Positions 7,904 through 17,804 of a DNA stretch of 36,253 bases are shown in pieces. The notes below the pieces were generated by a model that saw only the letters and a program-made list of their open reading frames with translations, was not told the DNA's origin and did not search any database. Within the stretch, counting starts at the first letter, position 1. Each line of letters starts with the position of its first letter. The stretch lies in IMG/VR virus record IMGVR_UViG_2706794674_000008; one strand, given 5' to 3'. The translations under genes and the position numbers were made by a program. This stretch comes from a virus. Its lineage: Duplodnaviria; Heunggongvirae; Uroviricota; Caudoviricetes.

Positions 7904-8828
7904 TGATTTTTGCGCCTTTATTCTGACTCACGGGCGACCGGACAAAGTTCTGACTTACCGGACGTTGCGTCGTGCTGGCTATACCGGGAAAATTTTTATC
8001 GTTGTTGATGATGAAGATAAGACACGGCATCAGTACATGGCTGAATTTGGTGAACAGGTGCTGGTATTTTCCAAAGCCGATATTGCTAGTCGTTTTGACG
8101 AAGCCGATAATTTTAGTGACCGCCGCTCAATTTTTTACGCCCGTAATGCCTGTTTCGACCAGGCAAAACTGGTCGGGTGTAAATACTTCATTCAGCTCGA
8201 TGATGATTATCACGAGTTCCAGTTTCGGGTGGATCGCAACTATGACCAGGCCTATTTCCCGATAAGGAAACTGGATGAGATCCTTTCTGAAATGCTTGCG
8301 TACTACGAATCAATACCTGCTCTTTCCATCGCTATGTCGCAGGGCGGGGATTTTCTTGGTGACAATGGCGGCCATGCTTCGTGGGTGAAACGCAAGGCAA
8401 TGAACAGCTTTATCTGTTCGGTTGATCGACCGTTCTCATTCATGGGGCGCATTAACGAGGATGTGAATACGTACACGAATCTCGGTCGCTGTGGTGAATT
8501 GTTTATGACGATCGGTGCTGTCCAGTTAGGGCAGAAACAGACGCAGAAAAACAGCGGCGGAATGACCGAGCTGTATCTGGATTCCGGAACCTACGTTAAA
8601 AGTTTTTACTCCGTCATGTATGCGCCGTCGTGCGTAAAAATCTCACTTATGGGTGCCAGTCATAAACGCATTCACCATCAGGTCACCTGGAACAACGCTG
8701 CAGTAAAAATCCTTCACGAAAAATACAGGAAGAAGACACCCTGCATATCAATGGGGGTGACAAATGATTCCGTATTCGAAAGTCGAGTCTCTGGCAGCGT
8801 GCCGGATGACTGCACAACAAATCGCTGA
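7896..8828 (+). CDS. Hypothetical protein with glycosyltransferase-A-like sequence motifs (possible nucleotide-sugar transferase)
   Basis: Strong RBS GGGGAGGAGGAA before ATG 7896; motifs FILTHGRPDK, IFIVVDDEDK and DxD-like IQLDDDYHEF recall the GT-A N-terminal Rossmann core; function not established. Confidence 0.5.
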   Translation: MRDDFCAFILTHGRPDKVLTYRTLRRAGYTGKIFIVVDDEDKTRHQYMAEFGEQVLVFSKADIASRFDEADNFSDRRSIFYARNACFDQAKLVGCKYFIQLDDDYHEFQFRVDRNYDQAYFPIRKLDEILSEMLAYYESIPALSIAMSQGGDFLGDNGGHASWVKRKAMNSFICSVDRPFSFMGRINEDVNTYTNLGRCGELFMTIGAVQLGQKQTQKNSGGMTELYLDSGTYVKSFYSVMYAPSCVKISLMGASHKRIHHQVTWNNAAVKILHEKYRKKTPCISMGVTNDSVFESRVSGSVPDDCTTNR

Positions 8829-9015
8829 CGTTCTGGATGTTGATCTGAACCGACTGAAAGAAAATCGGGAAGCAATGACAGATTTTTATGCGGCCATCCG
8901 TAAGGGCAGAGCGAAAGGTGAAGCCGAGTTACGAGCGGCATTGTTTAAGCTTGCCAGAAAAGGGGATGCCTTTGCTCTGCGCGAACTACTCAGGGTGGAT
9001 AAAAATCAGGACTAA
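8764..9015 (+). CDS. Small hypothetical protein (83 aa), possible DNA-binding/packaging accessory
   Basis: RBS GGGGGTGA before ATG 8764; ends 4 nt before terminase small subunit gene; overlaps 3' end of upstream gene by 65 nt so start is uncertain. Confidence 0.4.
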   Translation: MIPYSKVESLAACRMTAQQIADVLDVDLNRLKENREAMTDFYAAIRKGRAKGEAELRAALFKLARKGDAFALRELLRVDKNQD

Positions 9016-9018
9016 CTG

Positions 9019-10113
9019 ATGAGCAGACCGGACTGGGGGGCGTTGCAGCAGGAGTATATTGCTGAATACACCCGCTCCGGTATATCTCCGGTGGCATGGT
9101 GTGAAGCAAGGGGACTGAATTACGCAACAGCCCGTCGTTACATCAAAAAAACTCCGAAAAATGCGCAGACAGAAATGTGCAAAACTGCGCAAAAAAGTGC
9201 GCAGAAAAAATCTGCGCAGACTGCACAAAAGCGGAACGAAAAATCTCAGGAAAAAAAGCCAGTATTCGATGCGGGCCTGAATGAGGGCGACGCGGAGGAA
9301 TTTTCGTTCTGTCCCGATGAATTCGGCATTTCTGACCAGCAGGCTAAGTTTGCGATGCTTGTTGCTCAGGGTAAAAAGCCGACAGAGGCGTACCGACTAG
9401 CCGGTTATGAGGGGCAAGGTGCGACAGCTAACAGCAACGCCAGTCGTATGCTTAGAAATGCCAGGGTTTTTCGCGCTATCAGCTACTTCCGCAATCAGTA
9501 CCAGAAACGCTATACCGCAGACCTGGATTTACTAGTGAGTCAGTTGATGGCTATTGTCCTGGCCGACCCCAATCAGCTTGCACAATTTCGCCGTGTTAAC
9601 TGCCGTTATTGCTGGGGCGAGAATCATCTCTACCAGTGGCGCGATATAGCAGAATTCGACAAGGCAGCGGCGCAGGCTTCCAGAGATGGCAAACCCGAAC
9701 CGGAATATGGAGGCCTCGGCTTTGTTGATAACGCCATACCCAATCCGGACTGCCCGAAGTGCTGCGGTGAGGGAACGGGACAGCTTTATATGGCTGATAC
9801 CACTCTGCTTGATGGGGATGCGCGGCAATTATATGCAGGGGCAAAATTCGGAAAATTCGGCGTTGAGATCCTGCTGGAGGATAAGGCTGCCGCCCGGCGT
9901 GAATTGTTGCGTTTGTTTTCTGCTGGCGGGGCTTTATGTGCAGATAAGCGGCTACGGGAACTGGAAATTGAACGGCGCAGAATGGAAAACCAGAAGCTGC
10001 GCAAAGAGATCGAAACGGTGGAAGATAATGAACATCCCCAGCCTGTGGCGATCAATATTAATGTGGTTGATGCCAGAGTAAGGAGTGATGAAGATGATCT
10101 CTCCGACGCTTAA
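9019..10113 (+). CDS. Terminase small subunit (Terminase_2-like), 364 aa, with Cys4 cluster
   Basis: Motif ISDQQAKFAMLVAQGKKPTEAYRLAGYEG...NASRMLRNARVFRAI typical of phage small terminase subunits; CRYCWGE...CPKCCGE putative zinc finger; directly upstream of large subunit. Confidence 0.75.
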   Translation: MSRPDWGALQQEYIAEYTRSGISPVAWCEARGLNYATARRYIKKTPKNAQTEMCKTAQKSAQKKSAQTAQKRNEKSQEKKPVFDAGLNEGDAEEFSFCPDEFGISDQQAKFAMLVAQGKKPTEAYRLAGYEGQGATANSNASRMLRNARVFRAISYFRNQYQKRYTADLDLLVSQLMAIVLADPNQLAQFRRVNCRYCWGENHLYQWRDIAEFDKAAAQASRDGKPEPEYGGLGFVDNAIPNPDCPKCCGEGTGQLYMADTTLLDGDARQLYAGAKFGKFGVEILLEDKAAARRELLRLFSAGGALCADKRLRELEIERRRMENQKLRKEIETVEDNEHPQPVAININVVDARVRSDEDDLSDA

Positions 10114-11395
10114 TGTGCCTCAGGCGCGATTTCTTTCAATGCCCCATAAATTTAAAGCCTATATTGCTGGTTTTGGCTCGGGCAAAACATGGGTTGGGTG
10201 TGGCGGCATATGCAAGGGGATTTGGGAGCATCCAGGTATAAATCAGGGATATTTTGCGCCAACGTATCCCCAAATTCGCGATATTTTTTACCCTACAGTG
10301 GAAGAAGTTGCTGCTGACTGGGGATTGAACGTAAAAATTAATGAGGGAAATAAAGAGGTTCACTTTTATTACGGACGCCAGTATCGGGGAACCACTATCT
10401 GCAGATCGATGGAGAAGCCACAAACGATCGTCGGTTTCAAAATTGGTAATGCGTTGGTGGATGAACTGGACATTTTGCCGAAGGAAAAAGCCAGAACGGC
10501 GTGGCGCAAGATAATTGCACGTATGCGTTATAAGATTGATGGACTTCGCAACGGTATTGACGTTACAACCACGCCGGAAGGATTCAAATTTGTCTACGAG
10601 CAGTTTGTTAAAGCCGTGCGTGAAAAAACAGAGCTGGCCTCACTGTATGGTCTGGTGCAGGCATCTACTTTCGATAATGAAAAGAACCTGCCAGCAGATT
10701 ACATTCCTTCGCTTCTTGAATCATACCCTCCAGAGCTGATTAAAGCCTATCTTCGAGGACAGTTTACTAACCTGACAAGTGGTACTGTTTACCATCAGTT
10801 TGACCGGAAACTGAATAATTGCGAAGAAGTGGAGCAGCCAGGGGAGCCGATTTATATTGGGATGGATTTTAACGTTGGAAAGATGGCGGGAATCGTCCAT
10901 GTGCTGCGTTTGGGGCTTCCATGTGCGGTAACTGAAATCATCAATGCCTACGATACGCCGGATATGATCCGCATCATTAAAGAACGCTTCTGGCTGTATG
11001 ATGGGAATGATTACCGGAAAGTGAGGGAAATTTATATTTATCCAGATGCTTCCGGGGATTCCAGAAAATCAAGTAACGCAAGTACGACGGATATAGCCCA
11101 GCTTAAGCAGGCTGGTTTTAACGTTGTGGTGAACAGCTCGAACCCGCCAGTAAAAGATCGCGTTAACTCAATGAATGCAATGTTCTGCAATGCCAATGGT
11201 GAGCGTCGCTATAAAGTTAATGTGAAGCGTTGCCCGTTATATGCCGAATCTCTGGAGCAACAGGTCTGGGATGAGAAGGGGGAGCCTGATAAAAAATCTG
11301 GCAATGATCACCCGAATGATGCCGGAGGTTATTTCATCGTTAAGCAATTCCCTATTGTCAAACCGACCGGAAGAGTCACATCACTTCGGATTTAA
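10085..11395 (+). CDS. Terminase large subunit (ATPase/nuclease), 436 aa
   Basis: Walker A-like AGFGSGKTW near N-terminus; size and position between small terminase and portal. Confidence 0.8.
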   Translation: MMKMISPTLNVPQARFLSMPHKFKAYIAGFGSGKTWVGCGGICKGIWEHPGINQGYFAPTYPQIRDIFYPTVEEVAADWGLNVKINEGNKEVHFYYGRQYRGTTICRSMEKPQTIVGFKIGNALVDELDILPKEKARTAWRKIIARMRYKIDGLRNGIDVTTTPEGFKFVYEQFVKAVREKTELASLYGLVQASTFDNEKNLPADYIPSLLESYPPELIKAYLRGQFTNLTSGTVYHQFDRKLNNCEEVEQPGEPIYIGMDFNVGKMAGIVHVLRLGLPCAVTEIINAYDTPDMIRIIKERFWLYDGNDYRKVREIYIYPDASGDSRKSSNASTTDIAQLKQAGFNVVVNSSNPPVKDRVNSMNAMFCNANGERRYKVNVKRCPLYAESLEQQVWDEKGEPDKKSGNDHPNDAGGYFIVKQFPIVKPTGRVTSLRI

Positions 11396-11397
11396 TT

Positions 11398-12804
11398 ATG
11401 GCTGATATATCAACACCCAACCTCGACTATAACGATATGCTGGAGGCGTGGGATATTAACGACGCACTGATGGGCGGTACGCTTGAAATGCGCAGGCAGG
11501 GGGAAAATTATCTCCCAAAATGGCCTAACGAAGATGAAGACGCTTATAAAAAACGCCTGTCTGTGGCTACGCTACTTCCTGTGTATGAAGAAAGCATCAA
11601 GCAAAATATTGGGCGCATATTTGCAGAGCCGACAGTATTGAGTGAGGAAACGCCGGCAAAAATCAGGGAATATGCAGAAAATATCGACATGGAGGGGAGC
11701 CGACTGGATGTGTGGGCGCAGCAATTTTTCAGCCTCGCATTTCAGTATGGTGTGGCACATGCGCTGGTGGACTATCCACGAACGGATATGAAAGAGATTC
11801 GGACAAAAGCCGATGAAAACGCGACCGGTGGTCGTCCGTACGTTACGATGCTGAATCCACGCCAGGTTATTGGATGGAAATCGAAAGTTGAAAAAGGGAA
11901 AGTTGTTCTCACTGATTTGCGTATAAAAGAGGTCATCATTATTGATGGTGATGATTTCGGGCAGAAGAAGGTGGAGCAGATCCGCCATATTATGCCCCGT
12001 CGAGTTGAAATTTATCGACGTAGCGAAGGCACTAATGGCGAATCTGTCTGGACGCTTCATGAGTCATGGAATACCAGCCGTGATGATATTCCTCTGGTAA
12101 CACTGTACACGAAGAAAACAGGATTTATGCGTGGTACACCGCCATTGCTTAATCTTGGCTTGCTGAATATCAAGCACTGGCAAAGCCAGAGCGAGCAGGA
12201 CAATATTCTTCATGTTGCCCGCGTTCCATTGCTGGTGGCCTACGGGCTGGACAGGAATGAAGAACTGACGGTTGGTGCATCCACCGCTACGATTTTTGAG
12301 GACAGAACAAAAAATGGCCTCGAATATGTTGAACATAGTGGCGCAGCGATAGAATCTGGCGAAACATCACTTGAGAAGCTGGAAAATCAGATGCGTCATG
12401 CCGGCGCTAAACTTCTGCGTGCTGAAAATACATCCACCAAATCTGTTGATCAGACTAATGAAGAGCGAATGCAGGAAAACTCGCCGCTTTATACAATGGC
12501 GAACTCCCTCGAAGATGCCCTCGATAATATTCTCCAGATAATGGCGGAATGGATCGGAGAGAGTTGCGGTGGCAATGTGGATGTGCGCACTGAACTGGAT
12601 GTATCTGCCCAGGTGTTTGACTCATCCTCCGCGCTGGCTGTTCAGTCATTGCGTCAGGGCGGTGATATACGTCAGATTGATGCGGTTCGGGTGTTGCAGG
12701 CGTTGAAATTTATCGATCAGGATTCCCGTCCAGAGGAAGTGATCGATGAATTAAAAAATCAGAGTGTAATGCTGATGGAAATCAATGATGCAAACCGTGA
12801 ATGA
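11398..12804 (+). CDS. Portal protein, 468 aa
   Basis: Position immediately after terminase large subunit; acidic C-terminus; typical size. Confidence 0.7.
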   Translation: MADISTPNLDYNDMLEAWDINDALMGGTLEMRRQGENYLPKWPNEDEDAYKKRLSVATLLPVYEESIKQNIGRIFAEPTVLSEETPAKIREYAENIDMEGSRLDVWAQQFFSLAFQYGVAHALVDYPRTDMKEIRTKADENATGGRPYVTMLNPRQVIGWKSKVEKGKVVLTDLRIKEVIIIDGDDFGQKKVEQIRHIMPRRVEIYRRSEGTNGESVWTLHESWNTSRDDIPLVTLYTKKTGFMRGTPPLLNLGLLNIKHWQSQSEQDNILHVARVPLLVAYGLDRNEELTVGASTATIFEDRTKNGLEYVEHSGAAIESGETSLEKLENQMRHAGAKLLRAENTSTKSVDQTNEERMQENSPLYTMANSLEDALDNILQIMAEWIGESCGGNVDVRTELDVSAQVFDSSSALAVQSLRQGGDIRQIDAVRVLQALKFIDQDSRPEEVIDELKNQSVMLMEINDANRE

Positions 12805-13900
12805 ACGGCTGCGTGATGAATCAATTGCTCATGCAGTCTGGATATCCCGCTATAGCACTGGCGTGGCTGCCAGAATGGTGAAAATACTGAATGACAGCGA
12901 TGCGGAACTTACTGCTCGCCTGCTGATAGCACTGGACAGCCTCGATCCAGGTAGTTTTACCGTTAAGCGCCTGGAGTCACTTCTGGCGAGCGTCAGAGAG
13001 GTTAACCGCACTGCTATTAACAGCATGTTTACCAGTCTCTCCGGAGAGCTGAACGAGCTGGCAATTTATGAGGCTGGTTATCAGTTAAGTCTGTTTGATT
13101 CTATGCTACCTGATTTTGTTGCTGATGTTCACCCTCTGGTTGGTATCTCTCCTGATGCACTTTATGCCGCTGCAATGGCGCGACCATTCCAGGGACGACT
13201 GCTCAGTGAGTGGGCCTCAGATCTTGAGGCGGATCGGCTCAGACGCATAACAAATACAGTGCGTCAGGGTTTTTTGCTGGGGGATACCAATGAGCAGATC
13301 GCAAGAAAAATTCGGGGACATGTCAGTAAGGGATTTCAGGATGGTGCATTGCAGATGAGCCGGGCTAATGCGGCCAGCATTGCAAAAACAGCGGTTGGAC
13401 ATCTTGCTGCTACTGCCCGTGAGAGTTTTGCCAGCGCGAATAATGATTTGATTAAGGGTAAGCAATGGTTATCAACGCTTGATAATCGTACTACGCCACA
13501 ATGTCGAATCAGGGATCGCCTCAAATATACGCTGAATAATAAACCTGTAGGTCACAGCGTGCCTTATTTGCAGGGGCCGGGAAAAATTCATTTCTGCTGC
13601 CGCTCAACGGAAACGTTCATTCTGAAATCAGCGAAGGAACTGGGTATTGATGTTCGCGATATTTCCCCGGCTGAGCGGGCCAGCATGGATGGCGTGGTGG
13701 CCGGAGATACAACCTACAGGGAATGGTTTTTGCGTCAGCCTTACACCAGACAAAAACAGATTGTGGGGGAAAGCCGAGCAAAGCTGATTCGGGATGGTGG
13801 TATGTCGCCAGATGAATTTTACACCGATAAAGGCGAATGGCTGACGCTGAAGCAGCTCCGTGAGCGTGATGCACAGGTATTCAGAAAAGCAGGGATTTAA
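12785..13900 (+). CDS. Head morphogenesis / minor head protein, 371 aa
   Basis: Position after portal; overlaps portal gene end. Confidence 0.55.
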   Translation: MMQTVNERLRDESIAHAVWISRYSTGVAARMVKILNDSDAELTARLLIALDSLDPGSFTVKRLESLLASVREVNRTAINSMFTSLSGELNELAIYEAGYQLSLFDSMLPDFVADVHPLVGISPDALYAAAMARPFQGRLLSEWASDLEADRLRRITNTVRQGFLLGDTNEQIARKIRGHVSKGFQDGALQMSRANAASIAKTAVGHLAATARESFASANNDLIKGKQWLSTLDNRTTPQCRIRDRLKYTLNNKPVGHSVPYLQGPGKIHFCCRSTETFILKSAKELGIDVRDISPAERASMDGVVAGDTTYREWFLRQPYTRQKQIVGESRAKLIRDGGMSPDEFYTDKGEWLTLKQLRERDAQVFRKAGI

Positions 13901-13919
13901 ATAAATCATTTATTACAAC

Positions 13920-13946
13920 AGGCTACCTTCGGGTGGCCTTTTTTAT
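13920..13946 (+). terminator. Terminator-like hairpin with T-run
   Basis: aggctacc-ttcg-ggtggcct followed by tttttatt. Confidence 0.35.
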
Positions 13947-14004
13947 TGCTGCGATCCGGATGGTGAGCAGCGTAACTGTCGGAAGACTTAAACCAGGTAC
14001 TAAT

Positions 14005-14769
14005 ATGAAACTGAAAACGGTCGAGATTAACGGAAAACAATACGCAGAAATTGATACTGCTGGCCTGCCAGTTTATGTGCACGACGATGGTAAAGAAATT
14101 GGCTTCGATGCACCGCTGGCGACAAAAAAAATTACAGAGCTTAATGGCGAGGCAAAAAATCATCGCCTGGCTAAAGAAGCTGCAGAGGAAAAACTGGCTA
14201 AGTTTGCCGCTATCGAAGACCCGAAGAAGGCGATCGAGGCACTGGAAATGCTGTCAAAAATCGACCAGAAAAAGCTGCTCGATGCGGGACAGGTTGACCA
14301 GGTTAAGGCAGAAATTACGAAAAATTTTCAGCAGCAATTAGATGAAGAAAAGCAACGCTCTCAGATGCTGGAGAAGCAGCTTTACGATTCTATGATTGGC
14401 GGTAGTTTTGCGGGTTCAAAATATATTGCCGATAAAATTGCGATTCCGGCAGATTTATTACAAGCCCGCTTCGGGCAGGCATTCAAAGTGGAAGAAGGGA
14501 GGATCGTTGCTTATGACGCTTCCGGCAACAAAATTTATTCCCGCGCGAAGCCTGGCGAACTGGCGCAGTTTGATGAGGCGCTGGAGTTCCTTGTCGAAAA
14601 TTACCCTCAGAAAGACTACATCCTGAAAGCCAGTGGCAACAATGGCGGCGGCTCCCGTCCGACACAGCATGATATTGGTCAGAAAACGATGAAACGCTCT
14701 GCTTTTGATGCACTGGATGTTGCAGGTAAGCAAAACGCATTGAAAGACGGTATCACAATCGTTGATTAA
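14005..14769 (+). CDS. Putative scaffolding protein (254 aa from ATG 14005)
   Basis: Charged, Lys/Glu/Ala-rich predicted coiled-coil protein immediately upstream of major capsid gene; start chosen downstream of the terminator hairpin. Confidence 0.5.
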   Translation: MKLKTVEINGKQYAEIDTAGLPVYVHDDGKEIGFDAPLATKKITELNGEAKNHRLAKEAAEEKLAKFAAIEDPKKAIEALEMLSKIDQKKLLDAGQVDQVKAEITKNFQQQLDEEKQRSQMLEKQLYDSMIGGSFAGSKYIADKIAIPADLLQARFGQAFKVEEGRIVAYDASGNKIYSRAKPGELAQFDEALEFLVENYPQKDYILKASGNNGGGSRPTQHDIGQKTMKRSAFDALDVAGKQNALKDGITIVD

Positions 14770-14867
14770 CACATTTGTCAGCTTCCGGATGGGAGCTGGT
14801 GTCAGGGCTGGATAGCTCATTACTCCATCTATTCACAATTACGCAAATTTTTAAGGAATATTTAATT

Positions 14868-16007
14868 ATGGCTGGAAATACCCTGACCGGGTTGATCCCG
14901 ACTATTTATACCGCCCTGGATGTTGTATCCCGTGAGCAGGTAGGTTTTATCCCTGCGGTAGCAAAAAACGCAAAAGCTGACGCCGCAGCAAAAGATCAGA
15001 CGGTAACCGCGCCAGTTGCGCCTGAGGCGAAAACCGAAGATATCGTACCGGGGCCGTCAGCTCCGAATACCGGTGATCAAAATATTGGCACTGTTGATGT
15101 AAAAATTACTAAATCCAAAATGGCACCGGTTAAATGGAATGGTGAAGAACAACTGGCTCTTGGCCCTTCAGGGACTTACAACACCATTCTGGCTGATCAG
15201 TTCAAGCAGGCTTTTCGCGCCCTTGCAAACGAGGTTGAGGCTGATCTTGGTGCGTTGTATTTCGGTGCTTCCCGCGCCGTGGGAACCGCAGGGACAACGC
15301 CGTTTGGTGTTAAAGATGATCTTTCTGATGCTGCTCTGGCTCGTCAGGTTCTGGAGGATAACGGCGCACCGACAACCGATCTGCAGATGGTGCTTGGCTC
15401 CACTGCCATTGCTAATTTGCGCGGAAAACAGTCTGTATTGTTTAAAGTGAATGAATCCGGCACTGAACAGCTACTGCGTGAGGGCGTGTTGGGGCGTCTG
15501 GAGGGATTCAATATTCACAGTTCGGCAGGTGTGAAACGAGCGCCAAAGGTTGCTGCAACTGGTTATCTCGTGAATGGAGAGAAAAAAGAAGGCGATGTTC
15601 TTATTTCCATTGATACTGGTTCGGGGAGTATTTCTGCAGGTCAGATTGTTACGTTCGCTGGTGATCCGAATCAGTATGTTGTGGCAGCAGCGACCAGCAA
15701 TCTGATTACTCTTGCAGCGCCCGGACTGCGTCAGGATCTGGCCGATGATACTGCCATCACAGTTGTTGGGGCCTTTACTGCAAATATGGCGTTTGATCGC
15801 AACGCGTTTCTGCTGGCATCCCGTACTCCGGCAATGCCGGAAGGTGGCGATAATGCTGATGATGTAATGAATGTTACGGACCCGATTTCAGGGATTACGT
15901 TCCAGATTGCACTGTATCGTCAGTATCGCCAGGTGCGCTATGAAGTTGGACTGGCATGGGGTGTTTCATCAGTGAAGCCGGCACATGGTTGTCTGATTCT
16001 TGGTTAA
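14868..16007 (+). CDS. Major capsid protein, 379 aa
   Basis: RBS TAAGGAA then ATG 14868; position after scaffold, followed by terminator; size typical of HK97-fold capsid proteins. Confidence 0.7.
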   Translation: MAGNTLTGLIPTIYTALDVVSREQVGFIPAVAKNAKADAAAKDQTVTAPVAPEAKTEDIVPGPSAPNTGDQNIGTVDVKITKSKMAPVKWNGEEQLALGPSGTYNTILADQFKQAFRALANEVEADLGALYFGASRAVGTAGTTPFGVKDDLSDAALARQVLEDNGAPTTDLQMVLGSTAIANLRGKQSVLFKVNESGTEQLLREGVLGRLEGFNIHSSAGVKRAPKVAATGYLVNGEKKEGDVLISIDTGSGSISAGQIVTFAGDPNQYVVAAATSNLITLAAPGLRQDLADDTAITVVGAFTANMAFDRNAFLLASRTPAMPEGGDNADDVMNVTDPISGITFQIALYRQYRQVRYEVGLAWGVSSVKPAHGCLILG

Positions 16008-16017
16008 ACATTCAAAC

Positions 16018-16038
16018 GGGGCTTCGGCCCCATTTTTA
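16018..16038 (+). terminator. Intrinsic terminator/attenuator after capsid gene
   Basis: ggggc-ttcg-gcccc followed by atttttaat. Confidence 0.5.
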
Positions 16039-16049
16039 ATGGGGGGCAT

Positions 16050-16226
16050 ATGGCCGGATTAACTAAAGAGCAAAGAGCACAGCGTGAAGCCGCACAAAAA
16101 ACGCAAATTGAGTTAGTGGTTATGGTGACCGATTATCAGATGTTTCCCGGCGCACCAACTATCGCTAATGTTCATCCTGATGAAGTTGACAACTGGAAGG
16201 CTATGGGCTGGAAAACTCAGGAGTAA
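16050..16226 (+). CDS. Small hypothetical protein (58 aa), not in ORF track (below length cut-off)
   Basis: ATG 16050 preceded by GGGGGG; in-frame to TAA 16224-16226; fills gap between capsid and head-tail genes. Confidence 0.35.
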   Translation: MAGLTKEQRAQREAAQKTQIELVVMVTDYQMFPGAPTIANVHPDEVDNWKAMGWKTQE

Positions 16227-16229
16227 CAC

Positions 16230-16625
16230 ATGATCACTTACGTGACCTGTGATGACGTTGATAATGCGTTTGGGAACGCCTGGACGAGTGAGAACGCTAA
16301 AAATAAAGCTGTTTTAATGGCTAATGCCTGGCTTAATGGCTTCAACCTGAAAATTAACCCATCCCGTATTCCGGAAGAGGTAAAACTTGCGGGAGCATAT
16401 GCAGCCAGAATTGCCTCATTCGGTAAGTTGTTTCAGCAGAAAAATGATTCTGGCGTTGTTATCAGTAAAGCCGTGTCGGCTGACGGGGTCAGTGTATCGA
16501 AATCATTTTCTGAGTTGCCAGCAAACAGCACTGCATTGCTTGAACCCGATTTACAGCTTGCGATAGCACTGCTGAAACCGTACGGACTTAGTCGCTCACA
16601 AGTCAGGGTTGTGAGGGGGGGATAA
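16230..16625 (+). CDS. Head-tail connector / head completion protein, 131 aa
   Basis: Position in head-to-tail joining block; tight spacing to neighbours. Confidence 0.55.
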   Translation: MITYVTCDDVDNAFGNAWTSENAKNKAVLMANAWLNGFNLKINPSRIPEEVKLAGAYAARIASFGKLFQQKNDSGVVISKAVSADGVSVSKSFSELPANSTALLEPDLQLAIALLKPYGLSRSQVRVVRGG

Positions 16626-17008
16626 TGGGGCTTCGTGAAGAGATTCAGTCAGAGGTTGCCGCTGCTTTTGATGAGGATTTAGCGGACGCCGTGAGTGATT
16701 TTTCTGGTTCTTACGTTACGCACCGGCACTGGGATCCTGTGACGGAAACTGGCGGCGAATCAACCGCAATCTATACCGGGCGAGGCGTGTTGACACGTTA
16801 TAAGCTGGGCAGAATTGATGGGATTAATATTTTGCATGGTGACCTTAAATTAACCGCTCTGGTATGCGAGGTTACGGATAAACCAGCTGTCGACCATATT
16901 ATTGAGATTTATGATCCTGTATCAAGGCAGTTACAACGATACGAGGTAATTACAGCAAGTGTAGATCCTTCCGCATCAGTTTACTCTATCCAGTTAAGGA
17001 GAGCGTAA
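16625..17008 (+). CDS. Head-tail joining (head closure) protein, 127 aa
   Basis: ATG overlaps upstream stop; position. Confidence 0.55.
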   Translation: MGLREEIQSEVAAAFDEDLADAVSDFSGSYVTHRHWDPVTETGGESTAIYTGRGVLTRYKLGRIDGINILHGDLKLTALVCEVTDKPAVDHIIEIYDPVSRQLQRYEVITASVDPSASVYSIQLRRA

Positions 17009-17389
17009 ATGGCAAAGGCATGGGATATAGAACCGTCAATATTTGCCGGGATGATTGAGGAAGATGTAGGGCTGAAGATTCGCTACATCGCTATGCAGAT
17101 TCTTACTGCTATTGATATTGCTGCTCCGGTTGATACCGGACGTTTCAGAAATAACAACCTGGTGTCGTTACAGCATCCCGATTTTGGTATATCTGATAAC
17201 GTGGATCCGAACGGTACGATTGCTGTTCAGCGTGGGATCGGGGTTATTTCGAAAGCTGCAAATTACGGGGTTATTTATATCCAGAATAACCTTCCTTATG
17301 CAGAGGCTCTTGAAAACGGTCATTCACAACAAGCGCCAACTGGCGTGTATGCCAACGCTTTTCATGGTGTTTTACAGGCTTACAAATGA
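17009..17389 (+). CDS. Tail completion / minor tail protein, 126 aa
   Basis: Position; ATG immediately after upstream stop. Confidence 0.55.
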   Translation: MAKAWDIEPSIFAGMIEEDVGLKIRYIAMQILTAIDIAAPVDTGRFRNNNLVSLQHPDFGISDNVDPNGTIAVQRGIGVISKAANYGVIYIQNNLPYAEALENGHSQQAPTGVYANAFHGVLQAYK

Positions 17390-17778
17390 AGTTTACTGAA
17401 ATCAGAAATACGGTTATTTCCAGAATGACGGCACAGACGATTATTGATGGAAAAGACGTATTGTATCCGAACGGGCCAACGTTCGATCCTTCCGGTAAGT
17501 TAATCTGGGCGCGGTTAAGTAATATTCCCGGGCAGGCTGGAGTTAATGAAATTGGCGCGGGGCCGGTTGTTTATCGCACGGGGATAATCATTATTCAGTT
17601 ATTTGTCCCCGCAGGTTCTGGTTCAAAACTCATTACTGAGACAGCCGATAAATTGCGGGAACTGTTTGAGTTTCAGGATGACGATCGTCTCAGTTACCAG
17701 GCTGTTTCCTCAATAGCCGTTGGCGAAAAGAATGGCTGGTTCCAGCTTAATCTTCAAATTCCATATCGCGCGCTCTAG
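17386..17778 (+). CDS. Tail terminator-like protein (gpU-like), 130 aa
   Basis: ATGA overlap with upstream gene; immediately upstream of major tail protein. Confidence 0.5.
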   Translation: MKFTEIRNTVISRMTAQTIIDGKDVLYPNGPTFDPSGKLIWARLSNIPGQAGVNEIGAGPVVYRTGIIIIQLFVPAGSGSKLITETADKLRELFEFQDDDRLSYQAVSSIAVGEKNGWFQLNLQIPYRAL

Positions 17779-17804
17779 CGCAATTAATGACATAGGAGGC
17801 TCCT

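Noticed and set aside
6978-9018. Lambda-type cos site (GGGCGGCGACCT) between the lysis and terminase genes
   Set aside because: Looked for by eye on both strands in the Rz-to-terminase interval and not seen; the terminase small subunit type also argues against lambda-style cos. A computational search is needed to be sure.
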